Assembly: GCA_038065555.1 (NCBI GenBank)
Contig: JBBTQS010000002.1
Coordinates: 26,399-90,398, forward strand
Source: Patescibacteria group bacterium
GTDB lineage: Bacteria > Patescibacteriota > Patescibacteriia > Magasanikbacterales > JBBTQS01
Length of the DNA stretch: 64,000 bases
Direction of reading: 5' to 3'
A model generated the notes under the pieces. The model searched no databases. It was given only the letters and a program-made list of their open reading frames with translations, and had not been told where the DNA came from. Position numbers and translations under genes: made by a program. This document shows positions 1 through 9,812 of this stretch, piece by piece. Each line of letters opens with the position of its first letter. The first letter of the stretch is position 1.

Positions 1-1304
1 AAGCAATTCCAAAGATCAAGGAAGTTACACGTGATGTAAGCATTGATGAAGCGACACTTGCGAAGTTTCGCGAAGAAGTACAGTCTTTTGATGCGCTGCG
101 CGCAAAGGTGCAGACAGTCAATACAACGGACGTTGTTGCGCTTGTGCTCGCAAGTGCGGTGAATAATCGCGCTTCTGACGTGCACGTTGAGGCGGAAAAA
201 GAGGGGATTGCGATTCGATTGCGATTGGACGGTGTGCTGCAGGATGTGGCAACGGTGGATGCTTCGCGATGGAAGCAGATTATTTCGCGTATCAAATTGA
301 TCTCTGGTCTCAAAATCAACGTGACCGACAAGCCACAAGATGGACGATTTACCATTCGTATTGATGGAGTGGAAGTTGATGTGCGTGTTTCGACGATTCC
401 AACGGTATTTGGTGAGTCTGTTGTAATGCGATTGCTGCGTCCGATGACAGACAAAATTACAGTGGAGAGTATGGGATTTGCAGGCAAGGCGCTTGCTGAC
501 CTCACCGCAGCGATGAACAAGCCTAATGGCATGATCATCACGACTGGTCCTACTGGTTCTGGTAAAACAACGACGTTGTACACGATGTTGCGTCAGCTCA
601 ATACGTCGGATGTGAAGATCATCACACTGGAGGATCCTGTGGAGTACAAGCTCGAAGGCATTGCGCAAAGTCAGATTGACGCATCGCATGATTACACGTT
701 TGCAAAGGGGTTGCGATCAATCTTGCGTCAGGATCCAGATATTGTGATGGTGGGTGAAATTCGTGATTTGGAGACTGCTGAAGTTGCGATTCAGGCTGCA
801 CTTACTGGTCACTTGATGCTCTCTACGATACATACCAATTCTGCCCCAGGCGCGATTCCGCGCTTCTTGTCCATGGGGGTCAAGCCATTCCTGCTTGCGC
901 CTGCGCTCTCGGTAATCATGGGTCAACGCCTTGCTCGCAAATTGTGTGAGAAGTGCAAAGTGCCTGCGGTTCCTGATGCGGCGCAGTTGGCGCAAGCACA
1001 GGAATTGGTCGCTGCTATTTCGCCCAAAAGCGGAGTAACGGTGGATTTGTCGAAGGCTACATGGATGGGTCCAAAGGGATGCGACGCGTGTGGCAACTTG
1101 GGATTCAAGGGGAGAATTGGTATATTTGAGGTACTGGTAATGAGTGATGCGATCAAGGACATTATGGGAACGGCAGATGTGCCGGAGCATCATGTCTTGC
1201 GTGTCGCGGTCGAAGAGGGAATGGTGCCGATGATAACTGACGGCATTATCAAAGCAAGTCAAGGTGTTACTACCATTGACGAAGTGTTGCGAGTCGCTGC
1301 GTGA
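1..1304 (+). CDS. GspE/PilB-family type II secretion / type IV pilus assembly ATPase; 5-prime partial (runs off the window start)
   Basis: Reading frame is open from nt 3. Walker A GPTGSGKTTT; Asp box and His box context (LEDPVEY, MVGEIRD); C-terminal Zn-binding Cys cluster (CEKC..CDAC) typical of GspE/PilB. Confidence 0.9.
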   Translation, partial: AIPKIKEVTRDVSIDEATLAKFREEVQSFDALRAKVQTVNTTDVVALVLASAVNNRASDVHVEAEKEGIAIRLRLDGVLQDVATVDASRWKQIISRIKLISGLKINVTDKPQDGRFTIRIDGVEVDVRVSTIPTVFGESVVMRLLRPMTDKITVESMGFAGKALADLTAAMNKPNGMIITTGPTGSGKTTTLYTMLRQLNTSDVKIITLEDPVEYKLEGIAQSQIDASHDYTFAKGLRSILRQDPDIVMVGEIRDLETAEVAIQAALTGHLMLSTIHTNSAPGAIPRFLSMGVKPFLLAPALSVIMGQRLARKLCEKCKVPAVPDAAQLAQAQELVAAISPKSGVTVDLSKATWMGPKGCDACGNLGFKGRIGIFEVLVMSDAIKDIMGTADVPEHHVLRVAVEEGMVPMITDGIIKASQGVTTIDEVLRVAA

Positions 1305-1341
1305 CGAAACTTTTTTGATCATTTTTGGAGGGAATTTGTAT

Positions 1342-2682
1342 ATGGCACCACGAAAAAAAATGGATGAGGTAGAGGATATCTTCGCACCAAGTAGCGCCAA
1401 ACGCGTGAAGATTCCAAAGCGTACTACGAGTAGTGCGCGTGCTGAGGCGCCTCGCCCAGAACGTCACACGATTGTATTACAGAGCATGACCGAGGATCGT
1501 GCGCGACGCGAAGAGCGCACCACACGTCCTATGCAAAATCACATTGCGCTCTATCGCAACATTGCGCTGGGGTTCTTTGTGGTGACGTTGTTGTTGCTTG
1601 GTGGGATATTCTTCACATCAGTGCGCAAAGCAACGGTGGATATTACGTACACACCAGCAAAGATTTCGTTCACTGATGTGGTACAGCTGGGGAAGAATCG
1701 TGGACAGGACGGGCGAACCGTTGCAGGAAGTGTGGAGGTGAAGACGGTGACACTCACGAAGACGTATACGCCAAGTGGAAGTGAGAAGTTGGAGATTCCA
1801 ATCACCGGAATAGTACGCATTAAGAATGAAAGTGCGCGCAGTCAGCCACTGGTCAAGACAACACGTCTACTTGCAGCAGATGGCAAGCTCTACCGTCTCA
1901 CCAAGAGCGTTGTAGTGCCTGCTGGTGGCGAGTTGAAGGATGTTGAGGTGTACGCAGACGTTGCTGGTCCTGGGCAAGCAATTGCTGCAGGGACGAATTT
2001 CACTATTCCTGGTTTGTGGGAGCCGGTGCAGAAGAAGATTTATGCGATTGCAGACGCGGAACTCAAGGGTGGTATTGATGAGCGAGGCGTGGTGAGCCAA
2101 TCTGACGTACAAAAAGCAGAAGCGGATATTCGTGCGGCCCTCGTGTCGCAGGCACAAGGAGATGTGCAGAACACGGAGGCAAATGCAGCGTATAATATTT
2201 CAAGTGTGACACTCGATGGGTTGCAGGTAGAGCGTAAAGCAGAGCCGGGAAAGACAGTGGGGCCGTTCGCGATTACAGCGCGCGCAAAGGCAGTTGTAGT
2301 TCGATATAATGGGTCGCAACTTGCAGATCTAGTGCGTGCTCGCATTGCTACGCAACCAGTCGAGCCGTATGCCAAGGTTGATTTCGATGCAGCACAGATG
2401 ACGGTACGCGTAGAATCATATGACACGATTCGTGGTGAAGCGCAGTTGTCTTTGCTCGTGCCGCTGGTAAAAATGCTGCGTGCTGACGCGGGAGCATTGG
2501 CACCAGAACAGTTCGCTGGGAAGACCCGCGAGGATATTGATGCGTTGGTGAAAGAGTTCCAAGGGGTTGAAAATGTCCGAACCGATGTTACATTCTTCCC
2601 ATATTGGATTTCCAAGGTTCCATCGGTGGGCGGCACGGTGGAAGTGCAGCTCCATGTAGTGCCAGAGACCTCGAAAAAATAG
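1342..2682 (+). CDS. Hypothetical single-pass membrane protein: cytoplasmic Arg/Glu-rich N-terminus, one TM helix, large extracytoplasmic domain
   Basis: GGAGG 10 nt upstream of the ATG at 1342, which lies 38 nt after the ATPase stop. TM segment IALGFFVVTLLLLGGIFF. No recognisable motif. Confidence 0.5.
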   Translation: MAPRKKMDEVEDIFAPSSAKRVKIPKRTTSSARAEAPRPERHTIVLQSMTEDRARREERTTRPMQNHIALYRNIALGFFVVTLLLLGGIFFTSVRKATVDITYTPAKISFTDVVQLGKNRGQDGRTVAGSVEVKTVTLTKTYTPSGSEKLEIPITGIVRIKNESARSQPLVKTTRLLAADGKLYRLTKSVVVPAGGELKDVEVYADVAGPGQAIAAGTNFTIPGLWEPVQKKIYAIADAELKGGIDERGVVSQSDVQKAEADIRAALVSQAQGDVQNTEANAAYNISSVTLDGLQVERKAEPGKTVGPFAITARAKAVVVRYNGSQLADLVRARIATQPVEPYAKVDFDAAQMTVRVESYDTIRGEAQLSLLVPLVKMLRADAGALAPEQFAGKTREDIDALVKEFQGVENVRTDVTFFPYWISKVPSVGGTVEVQLHVVPETSKK

Positions 2683-2685
2683 ATA

Positions 2686-2904
2686 CTATTCAATCAGTGT
2701 TGCTTCGTACCCGACCGTGCGGATCCTTTCGATAATTTCTGCGGGGGTGATGAGGTCTGGATCAAAGGTAACGATCGTTTTTTGTGCTGCGTAGTTGGTC
2801 GATGCAGAGATCACGCGTCCTGTGTCTTCAAGTTCTCCATCAATACTCATTGCACAACTTGAGCAGTGCATGCCGACAACGTTGAGCACTATTTTTTGTG
2901 TCAT
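2686..2904 (-). CDS. copZ: CopZ-like copper chaperone (HMA domain)
   Basis: GMHCSSC metal-binding motif in a 72-aa ferredoxin-like HMA fold. Last gene of the copper operon. Confidence 0.85.
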   Translation of the reverse strand: MTQKIVLNVVGMHCSSCAMSIDGELEDTGRVISASTNYAAQKTIVTFDPDLITPAEIIERIRTVGYEATLIE

Positions 2905-2905
2905 A

Positions 2906-3898
2906 CTAGATGATGGTTATTGTTCCGGTGTACATCCCCATGCTGCAGGCAAAGGTGAGTTTGCCGGGCTTCGTCGGAGCGACGAATGTAACAGTGCTAG
3001 ATTGTCCTGGTGCGACCGTTCTCTGGATACCCAGCTTTGGTATTGTGAATGCTTGAGCGCAAGAATACGCATTGGTATTGTTGAGTCGAACGATCACTAC
3101 TGATCCTGCTTTGACGGAAAAGTTTCTGGGGCTGTACCCAGATGGTTGGATAGTAATGGTAACCTCAGATTGGGGTATGTCTGATGTTGTACTCAGGTTC
3201 TTCGTTGGGCCAGAAAGGTCAACGCCACTGAGAACAAATGCTCCTTTGAGACCGTAAAGTGCGAGGAGGAGAATCGCAACACCCGCAACCTTGAAAAAAC
3301 GTTTCTGGTACGCATCGCCGAGCTTTGTGGCAAAGTACCCAAGGATAAAGAAGAGTGGGGCAGTGCCTGCGACAAATGCGAACAGGATTGCTGCACCGGT
3401 GAGTGGGTTCCCTGTAGCGATCGCAAGCGCCATCATTGCCTGTGTTGTGCCACAAGGAATGAAGACGGTGAACGCGCCAAGGAGGGCTGGTGCGAAGACG
3501 TCCTTGCTCTTCGATTGGTTACGTACGAGTCGGGTAAGAAATTTCGGCGGTTGTAGTGCAAAGTGACGGAAGAATGGATGGACATTGAGCAGGTTGAGTG
3601 CTGTGCCGATCATAAAGATGGCGACAACGAAGAGCATGATTGACTGTGCTTGTACGGAGAGGGTGAACAGTGAACCGAACCAGCCAAGCAAAAATCCGAG
3701 AATCGTGTAGGCAATGAGTTTGGCAAGGAGAAAGTACAAGATAGGCATAGCATTGCCATGCTTGATTCCTTCCTGGAGTCGCTCTTGTTCACGTTGGGAA
3801 ATTGTACTCGCAAGGAGCCCGCCTTGTACCGCAAGACAGGTAAGTCCTCCTGTAATGAGTCCTGTTAAGAAAATAACGAACAAGTTGGTATTCTCCAT
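2906..3898 (-). CDS. Polytopic membrane permease (TauE/SafE- or CcdA-like) fused to a C-terminal cupredoxin-like domain; probable copper-handling membrane protein
   Basis: Multiple TM helices with GGLTCLAVQGG and FIPCGTT motifs. C-terminal beta-rich domain with Cys/Met (SCAQAF...FACSMGMYTG). The ATG at 3898 sits 2 nt after the copA stop; the ORF-track extension overlaps copA and was trimmed. Confidence 0.55.
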   Translation of the reverse strand: MENTNLFVIFLTGLITGGLTCLAVQGGLLASTISQREQERLQEGIKHGNAMPILYFLLAKLIAYTILGFLLGWFGSLFTLSVQAQSIMLFVVAIFMIGTALNLLNVHPFFRHFALQPPKFLTRLVRNQSKSKDVFAPALLGAFTVFIPCGTTQAMMALAIATGNPLTGAAILFAFVAGTAPLFFILGYFATKLGDAYQKRFFKVAGVAILLLALYGLKGAFVLSGVDLSGPTKNLSTTSDIPQSEVTITIQPSGYSPRNFSVKAGSVVIVRLNNTNAYSCAQAFTIPKLGIQRTVAPGQSSTVTFVAPTKPGKLTFACSMGMYTGTITII

Positions 3899-3900
3899 AC

Positions 3901-6174
3901 TTAGAGTTTTGTGCTTTTGAGACGCAGTGAATTGAGGAGAACGGAAACCGAGCTCAACGCCATAGCAGCACCTGCAAATACAGGGCTGAGCAGCCATCCG
4001 AATATAGGGAAGAACAGACCGCTTGCCACAGGTATGCCGATACCATTGTACACGAATGCCCAGAAAAGATTCTGCTTGATACCACGCATCGTCAATCGGG
4101 AGAGGCGAATTGCTTTGCTGATCTTCGAGATATCGCCGTGGAGTAGCACAATGCCTGCGGATTCGAGAGCAACGTCGGTGCCTGTAGCCATTGCGATGCC
4201 TACATCAGCTTGTGCGAGCGCTGGAGCATCATTAATACCGTCTCCAGCCATGGCCACAATTTCTCCAGCCTTTTGTAGTGCCTTAATCTTGTCCATTTTC
4301 ATTTCTGGCAAGACACCAGCAACAATGTCGGCTATACCCACCTGCGCGCCAACAAAACGCGCGGTGTTCTCTGTATCACCAGTGAGCATCACCACAGTGA
4401 TCCCTAGGTTTTGCAACGCTTGCACTGCATCCTTTGCTTCGGGCTTGATTGCATCGGCTACAAATACTACACCGAGTAACGCCGTTGCTGTCGCGAGCAT
4501 CACGGGAGTTTTGCCTTGTCTGGTGGCGGTATCAATGTAGGATTGATCGAATTTGATTTTCAAGTCATTCATGAGTGTACTGTTGCCTGCCCAGAATGAG
4601 ATGCCTTTGATGGTGCCTGTTACTCCTTTGCCTTTGAGGGCTTCAAACTTTTCTACGGTATGTGTGGCCCATTTCTGCTCCACGGCATACGCCGTGATTG
4701 CGTGTGCGATTGGATGCTCCGATGTGCCTTCGAGAGAGGCAAGGATGGAGAGAATTTCTTCCTCCGTTGCATCGGAAAATGATTGAATGGAAATTAATTC
4801 TGGCTTTCCTTTGGTGAGGGTTCCTGTCTTGTCGACAACCACGGTTGTTACGTGGTGTAGCTTTTCCAGTGATGCTGCGTCTTTGACGAGGATGCCTTCT
4901 GCAGCGCCTTTGCCAACGCCCACGATAACAGCGGTAGGGGTGGCAAGGCCTAATGCGCAAGGGCATGCAATCACAAGAATACCAACGAAGGAAACGAGAC
5001 CGCCGGAGAGTGCCTGTGAAAAGCCGAGATACGATGTACCTACCGCAAGCCATAGCGCGAATGAGAGACAGGCTATTACGATGACAACCGGAACAAATAC
5101 TGACGAAATCTTGTCTGCGAGCGCTTGGATTGGTGCCTTGCTGCCCTGCGCATTTTGCACCATGGTGATGATAGAAGCGAGCATAGTTTCTGCGCCGACT
5201 TTTGTGGCGCGGAAGACGAAGGATCCTGTCGTGTTGATGGTTCCAGCAATGACCGCATCACCTTGCTGTTTTTCCTCGGGGATTGGTTCGCCGGTCACCA
5301 TGGATTCATCGACAAAAGACGAACCTTCAGTGATCACGCCGTCTACAGGGATCTTGGATCCTGGCTTTACAACGACTAGGTCGCCGTGGACTACGGTTTC
5401 GATGGGGACTGTGTGTTCTTTTCCGTCACGGAGCACGAATGCGGATTTTGCCTGTAGGTTGAGGAGTTTTTCGATGGCGTCACCTGTTCGGAGCTTTGCC
5501 TTTGTTTCTAAATACTTTCCAAGTGTAATGAATGCGATGACGATGATTGTAACGTCGTAGTAGTTGTTCTCCACATTGAGAAAGGGACGCAGAGTGTCCT
5601 CGAAGGCGGTAACAGCAAAACTGTAGATGAAGGCTGCTAGTGTACCGATACCAATAAGCGTATCCATGTTTGCTTTGCCATATCGGAAGAAGCGATATAC
5701 GCCCATGAGGTACGGTGTGCCTACAACGAAAAGAGTGTACGTGGCAAAAAGAGGGAGAAGGTGGTGGAAGAATTCCATCCAAACAGGCGGAAGCTTTGGT
5801 ATGGTATTTAGCTGTGCAGCGATATCCCAGGTCATGAGTAACGCACTGAAGATAGCGAGGGGGATCATTGTGAAAACACTTGTCCGGAGGGTAGTAATTT
5901 CTTTCAATTTGTCGTTGCGTGACTGCTGCGCACCGGTATGTAGGGAGTGGTCTTCATTTGTGCTGGTAGCGAATGAGTACCCGAGCGGCTCAACAACCTT
6001 GGAAAGTTGGTGCGGTGTTGTTTTTTCTGTGTCAAAGGTGATGCGGGCGGTTTCGGTGCCATAATTCACATCCACAGCCGTTACTCCCTCGTGTTTCTTG
6101 AGTGTGCGGGTGATGATATTTGCACAGGATGCGCAGTGCATGCCTTTTACTGGGAAGTTTTGTGTGGTTTGCAT
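3901..6174 (-). CDS. copA: Copper-translocating P1B-type ATPase
   Basis: N-terminal HMA (GMHCASC), TM CPC motif ([11 protein letters not shown]), DKTGTLT phosphorylation site, GDGINDAP hinge. Confidence 0.95.
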   Translation of the reverse strand: MQTTQNFPVKGMHCASCANIITRTLKKHEGVTAVDVNYGTETARITFDTEKTTPHQLSKVVEPLGYSFATSTNEDHSLHTGAQQSRNDKLKEITTLRTSVFTMIPLAIFSALLMTWDIAAQLNTIPKLPPVWMEFFHHLLPLFATYTLFVVGTPYLMGVYRFFRYGKANMDTLIGIGTLAAFIYSFAVTAFEDTLRPFLNVENNYYDVTIIVIAFITLGKYLETKAKLRTGDAIEKLLNLQAKSAFVLRDGKEHTVPIETVVHGDLVVVKPGSKIPVDGVITEGSSFVDESMVTGEPIPEEKQQGDAVIAGTINTTGSFVFRATKVGAETMLASIITMVQNAQGSKAPIQALADKISSVFVPVVIVIACLSFALWLAVGTSYLGFSQALSGGLVSFVGILVIACPCALGLATPTAVIVGVGKGAAEGILVKDAASLEKLHHVTTVVVDKTGTLTKGKPELISIQSFSDATEEEILSILASLEGTSEHPIAHAITAYAVEQKWATHTVEKFEALKGKGVTGTIKGISFWAGNSTLMNDLKIKFDQSYIDTATRQGKTPVMLATATALLGVVFVADAIKPEAKDAVQALQNLGITVVMLTGDTENTARFVGAQVGIADIVAGVLPEMKMDKIKALQKAGEIVAMAGDGINDAPALAQADVGIAMATGTDVALESAGIVLLHGDISKISKAIRLSRLTMRGIKQNLFWAFVYNGIGIPVASGLFFPIFGWLLSPVFAGAAMALSSVSVLLNSLRLKSTKL

Positions 6175-6175
6175 A

Positions 6176-6442
6176 TTATGATTTTTTTATGATCCCCATG
6201 ATTTCATCGATCGCCTTTTTCTCTCGGCCTTCACGAATCGCCTGTGCAGCACAGGTATTCAGGTGGTGCTCGAGAATAACATGGTCAGTCTCGCGCAATG
6301 CCTTCTGTACGGCCTTGGACTGGTGAATAATGTCAACGCAGTACGCGCCTTCTTCAACCATTGCTACGATTTTTTTGAGGTGACCGAGTGAAATTTTGAA
6401 GCGGTGTGCGATGCGTTCTTTTTCTGTTTTTGGTTTGTACAT
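6176..6442 (-). CDS. csoR: CsoR/RcnR-family metal-sensing transcriptional repressor
   Basis: 88-aa all-helical protein with the conserved C-H-C ligand pattern (YCVDIIHQ ... HHLNTCAA). Directly upstream of copA with a 2-nt gap. Confidence 0.85.
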   Translation of the reverse strand: MYKPKTEKERIAHRFKISLGHLKKIVAMVEEGAYCVDIIHQSKAVQKALRETDHVILEHHLNTCAAQAIREGREKKAIDEIMGIIKKS

Positions 6443-6451
6443 GTGTTTTGG

Positions 6452-6476
6452 TTAAGTCTCCCTCTGGGGGATATAG
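6452..6476. promoter_or_regulatory. Candidate CsoR operator: GC-rich pseudo-palindrome TCCCTCTGGGGGA just upstream of the csoR start
   Basis: Imperfect inverted repeat of the C-rich/G-rich type bound by CsoR-family repressors, positioned at the predicted promoter of the csoR-copA-copZ operon. Confidence 0.3.
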
Positions 6477-6597
6477 TACGCGTAGTGGAAATCGTTGTCA
6501 AAAGAAGAGATGGTCGAGAACTACATTTTGTTGACAGTGCGAGAAACGGGATGGTACCGTGACGATACGGGATCTCCCGTTTTTTCTTAGATTTGTT

Positions 6598-8343
6598 ATG
6601 CAAGATGAACAGGTGAGCCATTTGCGACATTCACTCGCGCACCTTTTGGCTGCGGCAGTGCTGGAGTTGTATCCGGACACGAAGCGTGCAATTGGTCCGG
6701 CGATTGAAGATGGGTTTTATTATGATTTTGAGTTCTCGACGCCATTGCCAGAGTCTGCACTGCCTACGATTGAGGCAAAGATGCGCGAGATATTGAAGAC
6801 ATGGAGCACCTTCGAGCGACGCGAAGTTACAGCAGATGAGGCTCGTGTGATTTTTGCAGGAAATCCGTACAAGTTGGAATTGATTGAGGAATTCTCGACA
6901 GGTGGGCAGATGCTCACGACGTACACCTCTGGAACGTATGTAGATCTTTGTCGTGGAGGACACACGGAGAATGCGCGAGCAATTGATCCGAAATGTTTTG
7001 CACTTGATCGCGTCGCTGGAGCGTATTGGCGAGGGGATGAGAACAACACCATGCTCACGCGTGTGTATGGATTGGCTTTTGCAACAAAGGATGAACTCGT
7101 GGCGCATCAGGCGATGCTTGTTGAAGCTGCAAAGCGCGATCATCGCAAGTTGGGACAAGAGCTGGATCTTTTTGCATTTAGTCCACTGGTTGGATCTGGA
7201 TTGCCGCTCTTCACGCCGCGCGGAACTATCATGCGCAAGTTGTTGGAAGAATTTGTATGGGATCTCATGCGCCCGTACGGCTATGATCGTGTGACCATTC
7301 CGCACATGGCAAAAGTGGATCTCTACAAGACCAGCGGTCATTGGGACAAATTCCAGGACGATATTTTTCACGTGAAGAGCAAGAAGACGGATGATTTGTT
7401 CATCATGAAGCCGATGAACTGCCCGCACCATACACAGATCTATGCATCGCGACCTCGATCGTATCGTGATTTGCCGTTGCGCTACTCAGAAGTAACAACG
7501 GTGTATCGTGATGAGAATACTGGGCAACTCGCAGGACTCACGCGCGTGCGATCGATTACTCAGGACGATGCGCATATCTTTTGCCGCATGGATCAAATCC
7601 AGCAGGAGGTGGAGAGTGTGTATCAAATTGTCACCAAGTTCTACGAAACTTTTGGCATGTCACTGCGCATTCGGCTCTCCACACACGATCCAGAGAAAAT
7701 GGAAAACTATCTTGGGTCTGATGCGTTGTGGGAGAGTTCTGTAGGAATGCTGCGCGCCATGTTGGAGGAAAAGGGGAAGGCGTATGAGACTGGTGTTGGC
7801 GAAGCAGCGTTCTATGGTCCGAAGATCGATTTCATGGCAAAGGATGCCATTGGTCGTGAATGGCAGCTCGCAACCGTGCAGCTCGACTTCAACCAGCCTG
7901 AGCGGTTTGAACTAGAATACGCGGCAGCTGACGGGACAAAGCAGCGCCCTGTGATGGTGCATCGCGCAATTTCTGGATCGCTCGAGCGGTTCATGGCGGT
8001 GGTTATTGAGCATTACGCTGGAGCATTCCCTGTGTGGCTTGCGCCTGTGCAGGTGCTGTTGTTGCCTGTGGGAGAAGGACATCGTGACGCAGCAAGTGAG
8101 ATTGCTACAGCGTTGAACATGATTGGTATTCGTACAGAAGTTGATCTCTCGGACGAGACCGTTGGTAAGAAGATTCGCGCAGCAGAAAAGAGCAAAGTTC
8201 CGTACATGGTAGTTGTAGGAGATAAGGAAGTTGCTGGCGAGCCATGGCAAGTGCGTCGTCATGGTCAGCCAGAGCAGGTCGCCCTGACACGTGAGGCATT
8301 CACAGAACAGGTGCTGCGGGAATCCAAGGAACGATCCGCGTAA
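6598..8343 (+). CDS. thrS: Threonyl-tRNA synthetase (short form lacking the N-terminal TGS domain)
   Basis: Editing-domain HxxxH (RHSLAHLL), class II motifs, C-terminal anticodon-binding domain. The ORF track starts at GTG 6559; the ATG at 6598 follows a hairpin plus T-run and is preferred. Confidence 0.9.
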   Translation: MQDEQVSHLRHSLAHLLAAAVLELYPDTKRAIGPAIEDGFYYDFEFSTPLPESALPTIEAKMREILKTWSTFERREVTADEARVIFAGNPYKLELIEEFSTGGQMLTTYTSGTYVDLCRGGHTENARAIDPKCFALDRVAGAYWRGDENNTMLTRVYGLAFATKDELVAHQAMLVEAAKRDHRKLGQELDLFAFSPLVGSGLPLFTPRGTIMRKLLEEFVWDLMRPYGYDRVTIPHMAKVDLYKTSGHWDKFQDDIFHVKSKKTDDLFIMKPMNCPHHTQIYASRPRSYRDLPLRYSEVTTVYRDENTGQLAGLTRVRSITQDDAHIFCRMDQIQQEVESVYQIVTKFYETFGMSLRIRLSTHDPEKMENYLGSDALWESSVGMLRAMLEEKGKAYETGVGEAAFYGPKIDFMAKDAIGREWQLATVQLDFNQPERFELEYAAADGTKQRPVMVHRAISGSLERFMAVVIEHYAGAFPVWLAPVQVLLLPVGEGHRDAASEIATALNMIGIRTEVDLSDETVGKKIRAAEKSKVPYMVVVGDKEVAGEPWQVRRHGQPEQVALTREAFTEQVLRESKERSA

Positions 8344-8365
8344 AGCAGCCAGTTTACAGAAAAAT

Positions 8366-8401
8366 ACAAAAGGGGTACCGTTCATTCTGTACCCCTTTTG
8401 T
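8366..8401 (+). terminator. Rho-independent terminator after thrS
   Basis: 13-bp perfect stem ACAAAAGGGGTAC/GTACCCCTTTTGT followed by a T-rich tract. Overlaps the miaA start region. Confidence 0.5.
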
Positions 8402-8403
8402 AT

Positions 8404-9333
8404 ATGGAAGCACCTACACTCCCAAAGCTGATAGCCATTGTCGGCCCAACCGCATCGGGAAAAACCAACTTGTCACTTGCTGTTGCCAAAGCCATTGGGG
8501 GTGAAATTATTAATGCGGATTCGCGTCAGTTGTATCGTGGAATGGATATTGGGACAGCGAAGGAGTTGAATGATGGAAGTGTGCCTGGTGCATATGCCGT
8601 GCAAGGAGTTGTCCACCACCTTATTGACATCGCAGATCCGGATCAGGAGATTACGCTTGCGCATTATCAGACGCTTACATTTCGTGCGATTGAAGACATA
8701 ACAGCACGTGGCAAAGTACCAATGCTAGTAGGTGGAACAGGACTCTACGTTCAGGCAATTATTGATAATCTTGATATTCCTCGTGTACCACCCAATGCCG
8801 CACTGCGTCATGAACTCGAGAGCCTGACAACCGAAGCGCTCATGGACATCCTCACTGCTGAAGATCCTGAGGCATCTGAGACTATGGATCCATTCAATCG
8901 TCGCTATATTATTCGTGCGATCGAAATCGTGCGCACAACCGGCGCATCAAATGCGTCACAAAAGAAATGCGGTGAGCCGAAGTGCTGCGTGTTGCTGCTC
9001 GGTGTACAGCGTGATCGGGAAGAACTTGCGGTGCGTATTCATGCACGCATTATGAGCATGCTCGAAGCAGGATTGGTGGACGAGACGAAGCGTCTCATGA
9101 GTAAGTACGGATTTCACCTCTCTGCCATGAGCTCGATTGGGTATTGTGAAATGGAATCATACCTTCGCGGAGAAATTTCGCTCGAAGCGGCGATTGAGCG
9201 CATGGAAGCACGCACTCGCCAGTTCGCACGAAGACAACTCACGTGGTGGCGTCGACCAGGGACGCGGGATGTGGTGTGGGTAGAGTCGGATGCTGAGGCT
9301 ATTGGGTTGGCTGAGAAGTTCTTGCGTGCATAG
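8404..9333 (+). CDS. miaA: tRNA dimethylallyltransferase
   Basis: P-loop GPTASGKT followed by DSRQLYRGMDIGTAK, the canonical MiaA N-terminus. Confidence 0.9.
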   Translation: MEAPTLPKLIAIVGPTASGKTNLSLAVAKAIGGEIINADSRQLYRGMDIGTAKELNDGSVPGAYAVQGVVHHLIDIADPDQEITLAHYQTLTFRAIEDITARGKVPMLVGGTGLYVQAIIDNLDIPRVPPNAALRHELESLTTEALMDILTAEDPEASETMDPFNRRYIIRAIEIVRTTGASNASQKKCGEPKCCVLLLGVQRDREELAVRIHARIMSMLEAGLVDETKRLMSKYGFHLSAMSSIGYCEMESYLRGEISLEAAIERMEARTRQFARRQLTWWRRPGTRDVVWVESDAEAIGLAEKFLRA

Positions 9334-9345
9334 ATTCGCGTAACT

Positions 9346-9514
9346 CCAAAAATAAAGAGTGCTTGGTGCGTCGGGGTACAACGTTCCATTCCCTAACCGG
9401 GAATGGCCGTCTCGTTCTCGGCTGATCGGACAATGTATTACGCCTTGCGGCAAATGCAGCTGGCCGATCAGCCTGCGAAAGCCCCCTCGTGCACCAAGCA
9501 CTCTTTGTTTTTGG
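9346..9514 (+). repeat. Structured repeat element, copy A (candidate ncRNA / 3-prime-end element)
   Basis: Roughly 30-bp terminal stem (with G-U pairs) enclosing the conserved core GGGGUACAACGUUCCAUUCCCUAACCGGGAAUGGCCGUCUCGUUCUCGG ... CCUGCGAAAGCCCCC. Immediately 3-prime of miaA. Confidence 0.6.
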
Positions 9515-9599
9515 CGTCGCGCACATCCACGCACCCCAGAGCTTCTGAGTAAGTCTGACAGTGTTTGTGGTATGACACGTCTGTATGAGTGTGCGCGTG

Positions 9600-9772
9600 G
9601 TTACGGGTAGTGTGGTTCCCTCTGTGAAAGGGGGCCAACGGAGGCCGACCGGCCAGCCAGATCCGCCGTTAGGCGATCCGCGTTGTCCGGTCGACCGAGT
9701 TAGAGACCCAATTTCTCGGTTAGAGAAATTGAGGTTGTACCCCGTCACAGAGGGAACCACAGTACCCGTAAC
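9600..9772 (-). repeat. Structured repeat element, copy C (same family, opposite strand, diverged with compensatory changes)
   Basis: The reverse complement aligns helix-by-helix with copies A and B (GGGG UACAAC ... AAUUUCUC UAACCG AGAAAUU ... CCCCC). Paired positions co-vary (ccattccc/ggaatgg becomes aatttctc/agaaatt). The roughly 33-bp terminal stem is unrelated to those of A and B. Confidence 0.55.
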
Positions 9773-9812
9773 AATGAATACACCTCATAAAGATGTGTTA
9801 TACTAAAAACCT

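Noticed and set aside
3911-6064. Many 60-260 aa ORFs on the plus strand inside copA (e.g. 3911..4540, 4787..5560, 5627..6064)
   Set aside because: Antisense to a well-supported P-type ATPase gene; no start context.
9346-9514. Hammerhead or twister ribozyme interpretation of the repeat core
   Set aside because: The CUGAUGA/GAAA hammerhead core is not conserved between copies (CTGATCGG in A, TCGGCCGG in B). I could not fit the twister consensus by eye. Left as unknown.
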